Translations under genes and position numbers: made by a program | The notes under the pieces: model-generated | What the model saw: only the letters and a program-made list of their open reading frames with translations | Told to the model about the DNA's origin: nothing | Databases searched by the model: none | Part shown: positions 35,847-45,407 of the stretch, piece after piece | Layout of the letters: every line of letters starts with the position of its first letter | How positions within the stretch are numbered: the stretch's first letter is position 1 | Assembly: GCA_045533915.1 (NCBI GenBank) | Contig: JAZSIP010000039.1 | Location: 1 to 63,303, forward strand | Reading direction: 5' to 3' | DNA: 63,303 nt | Origin: Eubacteriales bacterium | Lineage (GTDB): Bacteria > Bacillota > Clostridia > Oscillospirales > CAG-272

Positions 35847-36872
35847 ATGAAAAAAAGAATTGTAGCAACGGTTTGTGCGCTTCTTGTAACGGTGATCTTG
35901 CTTGCCGTATTACAGGCGCTTGTAATACCGAAATATACAGATAACCGAGAAGGAGCTCTTGTCGGCGAATATTATAGCTCGGGCTTGGACCACGATGTGA
36001 TTTTCGTCGGAGACTGCGAGGTATATGAGACATTCGTTCCCGCAATACTTTGGGAGGAATACGGAATACGCTCATATGTTCGCGGCAGCGCACAGCAGCT
36101 TCCTTGGCAGTCGTATTATCTGCTTGAGGACGTTTTTAAGAACGAAAAGCCAAAGGCGGTCGTGTTTAACGTGTACGCGTTAAAATACGGAAATCCGCAG
36201 AGCGAGGAATTTAACCGAATGACACTTGACGGAATGAAATGGTCGGGATCAAAATGGAACGCGATAAAAGCGTCTATGACAAAAGAAGAAAATATGCTCG
36301 ACTATATTTTCCCAATATTGAGGTATCATTCTCGTATAACCGAGCTTAACGGAGATGATTTTCGTTACATTTTTAAAGATACGACGAGCGTTTCGGATAG
36401 CGGATATCTTATGCAGACGGGAATAGCTCCGATGACTACGGATCAAAGTGAGCTTGTGCGCGGTCTTTCTGATTACACATTGCCAAAGACGGCAATGGAA
36501 TATCTTGATAAAATGCGCAGTCTTTGTGAGGATAACGGAAGTGAGCTTATACTCGTAAAAGCTCCGACAAACTCTTGGAGATATTGGTGGTACGATGAGT
36601 GGAACGATCAGATCACAAATTATGCAGAAGATCACGGACTCGCGTATTATAATTTTATTCCCGAATGTGAACGTATAGGAATAGATTGGTCCACAGATAC
36701 ATACGACGCAGGCGCGCATCTCAACGTTTACGGCGCGGAGAAAATGACGAGATATTTCGGAGAGATACTTAAAGCTTCACATGGATTTAACGCATCAAGC
36801 GAAAGCTCGGAATGGGACGAACTTGCAAAGGTCTATTACGAAAGAAAGAGACAGATGGAAGAACAAAAATAA
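35847..36872 (+). CDS. Membrane-anchored SGNH/DltD-like protein
   Basis: It has an N-terminal anchor. Block I reads FVGDCEV (Cys where SGNH enzymes have Ser). A C-terminal DAGAHLN block is present. Confidence 0.55.
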   Translation: MKKRIVATVCALLVTVILLAVLQALVIPKYTDNREGALVGEYYSSGLDHDVIFVGDCEVYETFVPAILWEEYGIRSYVRGSAQQLPWQSYYLLEDVFKNEKPKAVVFNVYALKYGNPQSEEFNRMTLDGMKWSGSKWNAIKASMTKEENMLDYIFPILRYHSRITELNGDDFRYIFKDTTSVSDSGYLMQTGIAPMTTDQSELVRGLSDYTLPKTAMEYLDKMRSLCEDNGSELILVKAPTNSWRYWWYDEWNDQITNYAEDHGLAYYNFIPECERIGIDWSTDTYDAGAHLNVYGAEKMTRYFGEILKASHGFNASSESSEWDELAKVYYERKRQMEEQK

Positions 36873-36892
36873 ATAAAAAGGAATTGATTATT

Positions 36893-37444
36893 ATGAAAAA
36901 GATCGCTAAAATTTTATTGGCACTTACCTTAGCGCTTATACTTGTTTTTTGTGCGGTTGCTTGTGACGAAAAGGATAAAAACAACGATTCCGACGATAAT
37001 GCCGTTGAAAACGATAAGGACGCGGAAAATGCCGAGATCGGTGCGTTTTCGGTCAGATATAAGGGGATAAATATTTCGCTCGGAAATAAAGCGAATACTA
37101 CTTTGACAAAACTCGGAGAGCCTCTTTCATCGAATTTTGTAGCTTCTTGCGGAGAAGGCGCGGGGGATCAGTGGGTGTACGCATATTCTTCAATTTTTGT
37201 CTATACGGTAAAGAATGGCGATGATGAGATAATAGACGGATTAAAGCTTCGCGACGATACGGTTGATACGTCTAAAGGAATCCGTATAGGGGCAACAAAA
37301 ACGAACGTAGAAACTGCGTACGGTGATAAGCTTGTAGAAAAGGAAGGGCGTCTTCTTTATCAAGATGGCTCTTACGTAATAGAATTTTCGATAGATCCAA
37401 ATGACAAAGTAACGGGAATAGAATTAAGAACCGAAGCAAATTAA
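36893..37444 (+). CDS. Lipoprotein of unknown function
   Basis: The signal peptide has a lipobox (LVFCAVAC-D). The start was set to ATG 36893. The ORF track starts at 36812, inside the previous gene. Confidence 0.6.
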   Translation: MKKIAKILLALTLALILVFCAVACDEKDKNNDSDDNAVENDKDAENAEIGAFSVRYKGINISLGNKANTTLTKLGEPLSSNFVASCGEGAGDQWVYAYSSIFVYTVKNGDDEIIDGLKLRDDTVDTSKGIRIGATKTNVETAYGDKLVEKEGRLLYQDGSYVIEFSIDPNDKVTGIELRTEAN

Positions 37445-37457
37445 ATATTTACAGATA

Positions 37458-37494
37458 AAGACCGCTTTCACAAAATTTTCGTGAAAGCGGTCTT
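37458..37494. terminator. Bidirectional intrinsic terminator
   Basis: AAGACCGCTTTCAC / GTGAAAGCGGTCTT with a 9-nt loop, between convergent genes. Confidence 0.8.
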
Positions 37495-37517
37495 CGCTTT
37501 TAATATTTATTGTTATT

Positions 37518-38303
37518 TTACTTCATGTACTTTGCAAGGAAGTCCGCGCTCATCTTGAGGCTGTTGAAGGGAGTAACGACGAAATTGGTGTCCTGTTCAA
37601 CAACGTAAGATTTTACGCCGATCTTTTCAGCAGTCTCCATAATGGGATCCCATGTGAGATTTCCGTGTCCGACCTCGGTGATGTAGGGGAGGAATTTCTT
37701 TGATATGGGATCGTATTTCATAGACATATCCTTAAGGTGAAGAATGTCGATCCTGCCCTTGAGCTTTTCAAGCCATTCGCAAACGTCAGCGCCGCCCGCC
37801 GCGAGCCAGCAGGTGTCAGCAACGAATGTAATGTTTTCGGGGTCAAATTCTTCAACAAGAATATCCATTATCGTCTTGTATCCGTCAACTCTTGCAAATT
37901 CAAAATTGTGGTGGTGATATGTAAGCTTGAAACCTTCCTTTGCGTACATTTCGGCAGCCTTGTTGTAATCCGCAACAAATTTATTAACAGCCTCAAGCGT
38001 AAGGCTGCTCCTGTCAATGGGCATACTTCCGATACCGATATTCGTGGTGTTCCACATACGGTGAATCTCAATAGTTCTTTCAGGATCATTTATGATCTTT
38101 TTGAGATCGTAGTGCGTACCAACAACAGAGAATCCATGCTTTGCCATGATCTCACCAAACACCTTTTCATCTAATTCATTAGAGAAAGTGTGAGCCTCGG
38201 AATAACCCATCTTTGCAAGTCTTCCAAAAGTGAAATCCGCAAGCTCGGGATCTCTGAGATAATCTCTGACGGTATAGAGCTGAACGCCAAGCTTTTTAAA
38301 CAT
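37518..38303 (-). CDS. Sugar phosphate isomerase/epimerase (xylose-isomerase-like TIM barrel)
   Basis: 261 aa with the N-terminus KLGVQLYTVRD typical of this family. Confidence 0.7.
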   Translation of the reverse strand: MFKKLGVQLYTVRDYLRDPELADFTFGRLAKMGYSEAHTFSNELDEKVFGEIMAKHGFSVVGTHYDLKKIINDPERTIEIHRMWNTTNIGIGSMPIDRSSLTLEAVNKFVADYNKAAEMYAKEGFKLTYHHHNFEFARVDGYKTIMDILVEEFDPENITFVADTCWLAAGGADVCEWLEKLKGRIDILHLKDMSMKYDPISKKFLPYITEVGHGNLTWDPIMETAEKIGVKSYVVEQDTNFVVTPFNSLKMSADFLAKYMK

Positions 38304-38532
38304 AATTTTAATACCTCCAAGTATGTTTTTAAACTAAAATAATTATAACATATAAAAAATATAAAAGCAATACTTTTGAAAAAATTAAGATTATTTATGT
38401 ATTGAAAAATATAAAAGTACTGAAAAACACAAATTTTGACATTAAAAGTTGGTGAATTCAAGTATATACCGATAAATTAGCACAGTTCATAAATAATTAA
38501 CAAAAAAATCGCAAAAAACTTTTGAAAAACCC

Positions 38533-38561
38533 TTGACAAAAGAGCGAAAACGTGATAAATT
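38533..38561 (+). promoter_or_regulatory. Sigma-A promoter of the hrcA-dnaK operon
   Basis: TTGACA (38533-38538), a 17-nt spacer, then TAAATT (38556-38561). Confidence 0.65.
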
Positions 38562-38572
38562 TTATACAGTGG

Positions 38573-38599
38573 TTAGCACTTGAAACAAAAGAGTGCTAA
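38573..38599 (+). promoter_or_regulatory. CIRCE operator (HrcA binding site)
   Basis: TTAGCACTT-N9-GAGTGCTAA. This differs from the CIRCE consensus TTAGCACTC-N9-GAGTGCTAA at one position. Confidence 0.9.
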
Positions 38600-38634
38600 A
38601 ACCCAAATTAAAAATAATAGGGGAGGAGAAAAAT

Positions 38635-39729
38635 ATGGCTAACGATATGATCAATAAAAAAGAACTCAGCGAAAGAAAAAAGCTGATACTTAAAGCTATC
38701 GTTGAAGCTCATATAGAGGGCGGAGATCCCGTGGGATCTAAGTATATAATGCAAAACAATCTCCTCACCTGTTCTTCCGCGACGATAAGAAACGAGATGG
38801 CGGAGCTTGAACAGCTTGGATATCTTCAGCAGCCTCACACTTCGGCGGGGAGAGTGCCAAGTGAGAAGGGATACCGCTTTTACGTAGACAGTCTTGTTGA
38901 GCAATACGCCAAAACGACCAGAGAGGTAGCGCAGATCGGACAGATAATGAAGATAAAGATGTCTGAGATCGACCAGATACTCGAGACGGCATCAAAGCTT
39001 GCGTCTTCTATGACGAATTATACGGGTATCGCGATAAAGCCGCGTATTTCTTCGGTAACGATGCAAAAGTTCGAAATGATACCGATAGACAGAAATCACT
39101 TTGCAATGGTAATGATAACGTCAGGCGGCGCGGTAAAAACAAAAAAGGTTTCGACTATGTCGACCGTTACAGAGCATGGACTCAGAAAGCTATCGGATAT
39201 TTTTAATACCGCGTTGTGCGGATTAAGCGCGGATATGATAACGCTTCCGATAATAATGGAAATGGAAAACGAGATGGGTGACGAGGCTCACCTTGTAAAT
39301 CCTTCCGTAAAATGCGTTTATGAGGTCATGAACGAGATGGACGGCGGTGAGCTTCGTCTTTCGGGATTAAATCATCTTCTCAAATATCCCGAGTATTCGG
39401 ATACCGATCAGCTTGGCGAGCTTCTCGGAACACTTGAGAGTCAAGACGAGATACTTGATCTTATCTCTCAACCCGAAAATGATGATATAAACGTTTTGAT
39501 CGGTTCGGAAAGTCCCGTTAAGGTCATGAATAATTCTTCACTTGTTTTTAAGCCTATAAAGAAAAACGGACGTACAGTCGGTGTTATCGGAGTGCTCGGA
39601 CCTCGCCGTATGAATTATAAGCAGGTCTTGCAAACGATAGACGAGATAAGCGGCAGTATTTCGGGAATGATAAATGAAGAACCGAATAATAAGATAGGAC
39701 CTGCAAAGGAAGAGAAAGAAGGAGGATGA
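38635..39729 (+). CDS. hrcA: Heat-inducible transcription repressor HrcA
   Basis: It has an HrcA N-terminal winged helix (LSERKKLILKAIVEAHIEGGDPVGSKYI). The operon context fits. ATG 38635 follows the RBS GGAGGAG. Confidence 0.9.
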   Translation: MANDMINKKELSERKKLILKAIVEAHIEGGDPVGSKYIMQNNLLTCSSATIRNEMAELEQLGYLQQPHTSAGRVPSEKGYRFYVDSLVEQYAKTTREVAQIGQIMKIKMSEIDQILETASKLASSMTNYTGIAIKPRISSVTMQKFEMIPIDRNHFAMVMITSGGAVKTKKVSTMSTVTEHGLRKLSDIFNTALCGLSADMITLPIIMEMENEMGDEAHLVNPSVKCVYEVMNEMDGGELRLSGLNHLLKYPEYSDTDQLGELLGTLESQDEILDLISQPENDDINVLIGSESPVKVMNNSSLVFKPIKKNGRTVGVIGVLGPRRMNYKQVLQTIDEISGSISGMINEEPNNKIGPAKEEKEGG

Positions 39730-39730
39730 A

Positions 39731-40360
39731 ATGGAAGAAAATAAGAATCCAAATGTAGAAGAGTTTGAGACTACACAGGATAATGTGACTGTCGAAGATA
39801 TAGCGGAAAACGAAAATACTTCGGAGGAGATATCGGAAGAGACGGCTGACGAAAAGCTTTCGGGAAAAGAAAAAAGGAAAGCAAAAAAAGCCGACGCGGA
39901 GATAGCAAAGCTTGAAAAGGCACTTGCGGAGAGTGAAGCAAAGATTGCCGAGGCAAATGACAAGTATATGCGAGTTTTCGCCGAATACGATAATTTCCGC
40001 AAACGCTCCGCAAAGGAAAGGGAAGGCGTTTACGCAGATGCGTATATAGATGCGCTGACACAGATACTTCCGATACTTGATAACCTTGAAAGAGCGGCAC
40101 AGTATAGCGGAGAGGATGCAGAGCATCCTCTTGCAAAAGGACTTGAGCTCACACTTAAAAGCTTCAATGAAGTAATGGAAAAGATGGGAGTTAGCGAGAT
40201 AGAAGCTCTCGGAAAGCAATTCGATCCCAACGTCCATAACGCCGTGATGCACGTCGATGACGAAAATTACGGAGAGAACGAGATAACCGAGGTCTTCATG
40301 AAGGGATATATCCGCGGAGATAAGGTGCTTCGTTATTCTATGGTAAAAGTAGCAAATTAA
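39731..40360 (+). CDS. grpE: Nucleotide exchange factor GrpE
   Basis: It has an acidic N-terminus and the GrpE core ([14 protein letters not shown]). Confidence 0.9.
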   Translation: MEENKNPNVEEFETTQDNVTVEDIAENENTSEEISEETADEKLSGKEKRKAKKADAEIAKLEKALAESEAKIAEANDKYMRVFAEYDNFRKRSAKEREGVYADAYIDALTQILPILDNLERAAQYSGEDAEHPLAKGLELTLKSFNEVMEKMGVSEIEALGKQFDPNVHNAVMHVDDENYGENEITEVFMKGYIRGDKVLRYSMVKVAN

Positions 40361-40437
40361 AAAGGAAAGTTTCGCCGAACTTAAAACGGCTAATAATATT
40401 AAAAAACAAAAACAAACCCATAAAGGAGGATTTAATC

Positions 40438-42282
40438 ATGGGAAAGATCATTGGTATAGATTTAGGTACAACAAACTCTTGCGTAGCGGTATATGAAGGC
40501 GGAGAGCCTATCGTAATACCCAATCCCGAAGGAGCGAGAACTACTCCCTCGGTAGTAGCATTTACAAAGACGGGTGAGAGAATGGTAGGTCAGGTCGCAA
40601 AGCGTCAGGCTATCACCAACCCCGACAGAACTGTCATCAGTATCAAGCGTGAGATGGGTTCTGCATATAAAAAGGATATCGACGGCAAGTCGTTCACTCC
40701 TCAGGAGCTCTCCGCTATGATCCTGCAGAAGCTTAAGGCAGACGCAGAGGCATATCTCGGAACAAGCGTATCGCAGGCGGTAATCACCGTTCCCGCTTAC
40801 TTCTCTGATGCTCAGAGACAGGCAACCAAGGACGCAGGTAAGATCGCGGGACTTGAGGTGCTTCGTATAATCAACGAGCCTACAGCCGCAGCTCTTGCTT
40901 ACGGTATGGATAAGGAAGCAGACCAGAAGATAATGGTATTCGACCTCGGCGGCGGTACGTTCGACGTATCCTTGCTTGAGATCTCCGACGGCGTATTCGA
41001 GGTTCTTGCTACCGCAGGTAACAACAAGCTCGGCGGCGATGACTTCGACCAGAGAGTTATCGACTGGATGGTAAATCGTTTCAAGGCTGAAAACGGAGTT
41101 GATCTCCGTAACGACAAGATGGTAATGCAGAGACTTAAGGAAGCTGCTGAGAAAGCAAAGATCGAGCTTTCGGGTATGTCAAGCACGAACATCAATCTGC
41201 CCTTTATCACGGCAACCGCGGCAGGACCTCTCCATTTCGACGCAACTCTCACAAGAGCAGAGTTCGACCGCATCACAGCGGACCTCGTAGAAGCAACAAT
41301 GGGTCCGACAAGACAGGTACTTTCCGATGCTGGACTCAGCGTATCTGAGGTCGATAAGATACTTCTCGTCGGTGGTTCGACCAGAATCCCCGCGGTTCAG
41401 GAGGCAGTTAAGAAATTCCTCGGTAAAGACGCGTTCAAGGGAATCAACCCCGATGAGTGCGTAGCTATCGGTGCGGCTATTCAGGGCGGAGTTCTTGGCG
41501 GCGACGTTAAGGATCTTCTCCTTCTCGACGTAACTCCTCTGTCTCTCGGTATCGAAACGCTCGGAGGAATCTCTAATAAGATAATCGAGAGAAACACAAC
41601 CATTCCCGTAAAGAAGAGTCAGGTGTATTCGACTGCGGCTGACGGTCAGACCTCTGTTGAGATCCACGTTCTTCAGGGTGAACGCGAGATGGCTGCTTAT
41701 AACACCACGCTCGGAAGATTTATTCTCGACGGTATTCCCGCAGCTCCCCGCGGAGTTCCTCAGATCGAGGTAACATTTGATATCGACGCAAACGGTATCG
41801 TAAACGTAAGCGCAAAGGATCTTGGAACGGGTAAGGAGACGAACATCACTATTACTTCTTCTACCAATATGTCCCAAGAGGATATAGATAAGGCAGTTAA
41901 GGACGCAGAAAAGTTCGCGGAGGAAGACAAGAAGCTCAAAGAGCAGGTAGATACCAAGAACCGTGCGGATTCTATGGTATTCCAGGCTGAAAAGACTCTT
42001 AACGAGGTCGGCGATAAGGTTGACGAGGCAGATAAGGCTCCCGTTAAGGAGGCAATCGAAAAGCTCAAGACCACTATCGCAGGCGGCGATACAGAGGCTA
42101 TCAAGGCTGATACAGAGGCTCTTGAAAAGTCCTTCTACGCACTTTCCGAAAAGCTTTACGCACAGAGCGGCGCGGCTCAGGGTCAGGGCTTTGATCCTAA
42201 CGCGGCAGCAGGAGGAAATGGCGGCGCAAACGGTGACGGAACTTATTACAACGCCGATTACGAGGATAAGACAAACAACTAA
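40438..42282 (+). CDS. dnaK: Molecular chaperone DnaK (Hsp70)
   Basis: [24 protein letters not shown] and the full Hsp70 architecture are present. Confidence 0.95.
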   Translation: MGKIIGIDLGTTNSCVAVYEGGEPIVIPNPEGARTTPSVVAFTKTGERMVGQVAKRQAITNPDRTVISIKREMGSAYKKDIDGKSFTPQELSAMILQKLKADAEAYLGTSVSQAVITVPAYFSDAQRQATKDAGKIAGLEVLRIINEPTAAALAYGMDKEADQKIMVFDLGGGTFDVSLLEISDGVFEVLATAGNNKLGGDDFDQRVIDWMVNRFKAENGVDLRNDKMVMQRLKEAAEKAKIELSGMSSTNINLPFITATAAGPLHFDATLTRAEFDRITADLVEATMGPTRQVLSDAGLSVSEVDKILLVGGSTRIPAVQEAVKKFLGKDAFKGINPDECVAIGAAIQGGVLGGDVKDLLLLDVTPLSLGIETLGGISNKIIERNTTIPVKKSQVYSTAADGQTSVEIHVLQGEREMAAYNTTLGRFILDGIPAAPRGVPQIEVTFDIDANGIVNVSAKDLGTGKETNITITSSTNMSQEDIDKAVKDAEKFAEEDKKLKEQVDTKNRADSMVFQAEKTLNEVGDKVDEADKAPVKEAIEKLKTTIAGGDTEAIKADTEALEKSFYALSEKLYAQSGAAQGQGFDPNAAAGGNGGANGDGTYYNADYEDKTNN

Positions 42283-42393
42283 TAATATCGATCCTGCGGG
42301 GAAGTGCCGAAAGGCTCTTTCCCGTATGGGCGTATAAAGGGAATTTTGAAAAAAGGTAAATCATAGCCGCAAAAGCGGCTTTTGGGAGCATAT

Positions 42394-43527
42394 ATGGCAG
42401 ATAAGAGAGACTATTACGAGGTCTTAGGACTAAATAAAGGGGCGGGAGAAGCGGAAATAAAAAAGGCTTATCGCTCGCTTGCAAAAAAATATCACCCCGA
42501 CGTAAATCCGGGAAATGCCGATGCCGAAGCTAAATTCAAGGAGATAAATGAGGCGTACGCGGTTCTTTCCGATGCCGATAAAAAGGCAAAATATGATCAG
42601 TTCGGACACGCGGCGTTTGATCCCGCGGCGGGAGGCGGAGCAGGATTTGACGGCGGATTCGATTTCGGAGATATCGGAGATATTTTCGGAAGCTTTTTCG
42701 GCGGCGGATTTGGTTCGTCACAGAGAAACCGTAACGCTCCAATGCGCGGCGACGATGTCGGTGCGAGAGTTACTATCACGTTCGAGGAGGCGGCGTTCGG
42801 CGTAAAGAAGGACGTTTCCTTTAACAGAGTTCAGAAATGTGACGATTGCGGAGGCTCGGGTGCTAAAAAGGGAACGAGTGCCGAGACCTGTCGTGTGTGC
42901 GGAGGAAGCGGACAGAGAAGGATCACGCAAAGACTCGGCGGTATGGCGTTTCAGTCTACAACAACTTGCGATAGCTGTCGCGGAACGGGTAAGACGATCA
43001 AAGATCCGTGTACTAACTGCCGCGGAACGGGATACGTAAAAGTAAATAAAAAGCTCAGCGTTTCGATCCCTGCGGGAATTGACGACGGAGAGCGTATCGC
43101 GCTTCGCGGACAAGGCTGTGACGGACGTAACGGAGGGCCTGCGGGCGATCTTATAATCACGGTTATCGTAAAACGCCACGCGATCTTTGAACGCGACGGA
43201 TATAACCTCTATTGCGAAGTACCGCTTACCGTTGCCGAAGCAACGCTTGGCGCGGAGATAGACGTACCTACGCTTGAGGGGAATATTAAGTACACGATAC
43301 CCGAGGGAACTCAGCCCGGAACGACCTTTACAATAAGACAAAAGGGACTACCCTATATCAATAATCAGAACCGCAAGGGCGATCTGATATTTACTGTAAA
43401 CGTTGAGATACCCAAAGGTCTTAGCGAAAAGCAAAAGGACCATATGAGAGCGTTTGCGGATGCTTGCGGAGATAGCAATTACTCCAAAAAGAGCGGCTTT
43501 TTCAAGCGCATATTCGATAAAAAATAA
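42394..43527 (+). CDS. dnaJ: Molecular chaperone DnaJ
   Basis: It has a J domain ([14 protein letters not shown]), a G/F region and four CxxCxGxG zinc motifs. The start was set to ATG 42394. Confidence 0.95.
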   Translation: MADKRDYYEVLGLNKGAGEAEIKKAYRSLAKKYHPDVNPGNADAEAKFKEINEAYAVLSDADKKAKYDQFGHAAFDPAAGGGAGFDGGFDFGDIGDIFGSFFGGGFGSSQRNRNAPMRGDDVGARVTITFEEAAFGVKKDVSFNRVQKCDDCGGSGAKKGTSAETCRVCGGSGQRRITQRLGGMAFQSTTTCDSCRGTGKTIKDPCTNCRGTGYVKVNKKLSVSIPAGIDDGERIALRGQGCDGRNGGPAGDLIITVIVKRHAIFERDGYNLYCEVPLTVAEATLGAEIDVPTLEGNIKYTIPEGTQPGTTFTIRQKGLPYINNQNRKGDLIFTVNVEIPKGLSEKQKDHMRAFADACGDSNYSKKSGFFKRIFDKK

Positions 43528-43547
43528 CCGAAAGGCTGATCGTAAAA

Positions 43548-44504
43548 ATGGACAAGGATTATACCTGCGAGGATTGGGGAATTCAATCCGAATGGACACA
43601 AATAAAGGTTACAGTTAAGCTTGAACAGCTTGACGAGCTCGTAGCAGTGATGAATATGATATCAAATTATCTTCAGATAGAGGATTATAGCGATATCGAT
43701 CTTAAGACCTGCTATGGAGATCTGATAGATGAGAGCATACTTAACGCCGATAAAACGATAGCTTCGGTAAGCGTATATCTGCCTGCCGATAACGGAGTAA
43801 ACGATACACTTGTGTTTTTGAGAGAGAGATGTAACACTCTTTCGATCGACGCGAAGATCGAGGTAAGCGGCGTTAATGAGGAGGACTGGGCAAACTCCTG
43901 GAAGGCTTATTATAAGCCGATAAGAATAGGGGAGAGAATAGTCATAGTTCCCGCTTGGGAAAAGTACGACGAAAGTCCTGACGATGTAATTGTTCGTATG
44001 GATCCGGGTATGGCTTTCGGAACGGGAACACACGAGACGACAAGGCTCGTTATAGGTCTGCTTGAAAAATATACGAAAGAAAATATGCGTGTGCTTGACG
44101 TTGGTTGCGGAAGCGGAATACTCGCTATCTGCGCGGCAAAGCTCGGCGCGCGTGAGTGTAAGGCTTACGATATCGATCCCGTTGCGGTAAAGGTCGCAAG
44201 GGAGAATATCAAGGATAGCGGACTTTCACAAAAGGTGACGTGCGATACGTCCGATCTTCTCAAAGGCGTTGATAAAAGCGGCGGCGCGTATGACCTCATT
44301 TGCGCGAATATCGTCGCGGATATAATAATCCGAATGACACCCGACGTTGCGGAGTATATGAACGAAAATTCGGTCATTCTCGCATCGGGAATAATCGTAG
44401 AACGTGCTGACGACGTAATAAATACGTTTGAAGCAAACGGCTTCCGTATAGTCGAGAGAGCCGAGGAAAACGGCTGGTGCGCACTCGTCGTGGCAAAGGC
44501 ATAA
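43548..44504 (+). CDS. prmA: Ribosomal protein L11 methyltransferase
   Basis: It has FGTGTHETT and the SAM motif VLDVGCGSGILA. Its position after dnaJ is typical. Confidence 0.9.
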   Translation: MDKDYTCEDWGIQSEWTQIKVTVKLEQLDELVAVMNMISNYLQIEDYSDIDLKTCYGDLIDESILNADKTIASVSVYLPADNGVNDTLVFLRERCNTLSIDAKIEVSGVNEEDWANSWKAYYKPIRIGERIVIVPAWEKYDESPDDVIVRMDPGMAFGTGTHETTRLVIGLLEKYTKENMRVLDVGCGSGILAICAAKLGARECKAYDIDPVAVKVARENIKDSGLSQKVTCDTSDLLKGVDKSGGAYDLICANIVADIIIRMTPDVAEYMNENSVILASGIIVERADDVINTFEANGFRIVERAEENGWCALVVAKA

Positions 44505-44523
44505 TTTAAAAAATTAAAAACAG

Positions 44524-44567
44524 AAAAAGCGTTTGCGGAATTTTAACGTTCTGCAAACGCTTTTTTG
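44524..44567 (+). terminator. Intrinsic terminator of the dnaK-prmA operon
   Basis: GCGTTTGC ... GCAAACGC stem followed by T6. Confidence 0.8.
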
Positions 44568-44662
44568 GAGAAACCAATAAAAAACACAGAACCGCAGTCT
44601 GTGTTGCCAAATTTTTATTTGTCGGTGTGTTAATGTTCGCATAAATTTAACCGAATGGTAAC

Positions 44663-44785
44663 GGACCGTCGAGGACGCCGTTCCCTACAGTGTGTAAAAA
44701 TTGCACATATATACCTCGCCGTGAGGCGATGGAAAACCTTAACGATCATAATTTATCTTGTAGGGACCGGCGTCCTCGACGGTCC
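44663..44785. repeat. Palindromic element: 27-bp inverted repeats flanking a 69-bp spacer (REP/MITE-like)
   Basis: GGACCGTCGAGGACGCCGTTCCCTACA (44663-44689) pairs with TGTAGGGACCGGCGTCCTCGACGGTCC (44759-44785) with 1 mismatch. A related half-site lies at 63123-63148. Confidence 0.8.
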
Positions 44786-44866
44786 TAATACAAACGATTT
44801 TAACCAATCAATCGATATAACATTCTCACCGACAAACCGCAATTTATTTGAATCAAAATAACACAG

Positions 44867-44920
44867 AAAACGGTTTTGCGTATGATACCACACAAACCTT
44901 TCTCTGTGTTATTTTATTTT
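44867..44920 (+). terminator. Orphan terminator-like hairpin (AATAACACAG stem family)
   Basis: AATAACACAGA / TCTGTGTTATT with a 25-nt loop and a T-rich tail. No ORF lies upstream. The stem is related to those at 44583-44605 and 45937-45969. Confidence 0.55.
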
Positions 44921-44927
44921 TCATATA

Positions 44928-44956
44928 TTGACAAAAAATTAAAATCATGTTATAAT
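44928..44956 (+). promoter_or_regulatory. Consensus sigma-A promoter (module 1)
   Basis: TTGACA (44928-44933), a 17-nt spacer, then TATAAT (44951-44956). Confidence 0.65.
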
Positions 44957-44962
44957 TAATGA

Positions 44963-45179
44963 TGCGAAACAAACTTAATAGACAGAATCAGGGGTATTTT
45001 CTTTTTATGGGGATACTATACCCTTTTTTAGTCAAATATGTCTTTATGGATTTGGTAAAAACGCAAATTCACTTTGGCATATTTGGCAAGATTTTATATC
45101 CCCAATTCTGTTAAAGTTTGTTTCGCAGCAATCGGGTTTGCGTTTTTCGTGCGGTGACTCCTGTTGCCGCACTTTTTTG
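44963..45179 (+). ncRNA. Candidate ~220-nt small RNA or small-ORF transcript with 5'/3' end pairing and its own terminator
   Basis: A 14-bp closing helix, TGCGAAACAAACTT (44963-44976) with AAGTTTGTTTCGCA (45114-45127), is extended by ACAGAAT/ATTCTGT and GGGG/CCCC. A terminator lies at 45149-45179. The transcript encloses a 35-codon ORF (45007-45114). Confidence 0.4.
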
Positions 45180-45200
45180 TTTTTATTATACTAACTTGTA

Positions 45201-45229
45201 TTGACAAGAGATTAAAATAATGGTATAAT
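45201..45229 (+). promoter_or_regulatory. Consensus sigma-A promoter (module 2, paralogous to module 1)
   Basis: TTGACA (45201-45206), a 17-nt spacer, then TATAAT (45224-45229). The flanking bases resemble module 1. Confidence 0.65.
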
Positions 45230-45235
45230 AATTTT

Positions 45236-45377
45236 GCGACGCACAACTTAATACGCCCATAATAAAGGGAATACTATTTGACAAAAATGTATTCTCTTAC
45301 CTTTGTTATGGGTAAAAGTGCGTCGCGGCATTAAGAGATACGTTTTTTGTGCGTCTCTTAATGGGACGCACTTTTTG
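45236..45377 (+). promoter_or_regulatory. Structured leader with mutually exclusive P1/terminator pairings upstream of the orphan gene
   Basis: GCGACGCAC (45236-45244) and GACGCAC-T5 (45365-45376) both complement GTGCGTCGC (45318-45326). Inner helices are GCCCATAA/TTATGGGT and GGAATAC/GTATTC. Confidence 0.4.
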
Positions 45378-45407
45378 CTTTTTAATAAAATTCAAAGGAG
45401 AAATACC

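Noticed and set aside
36812-36892. Upstream extension of the lipoprotein ORF that overlaps the SGNH-like gene
   Set aside because: The signal peptide with its lipobox begins at ATG 36893. The extension is basic, out of context, and overlaps the preceding gene.
42365-42383. Hairpin AGCCGC-AAAA-GCGGCT-TTT between dnaK and dnaJ as an operon terminator
   Set aside because: The stem is short (6 bp) and directly abuts the dnaJ RBS. It is more likely a partial attenuator or mRNA-stability element, so it is not annotated as a feature.
45303-45407. TTG-initiated extension of the orphan ORF (209-aa version)
   Set aside because: The extension runs through the leader and terminator structure and has no RBS. 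ATG 45408 has a strong AAAGGAGA RBS.
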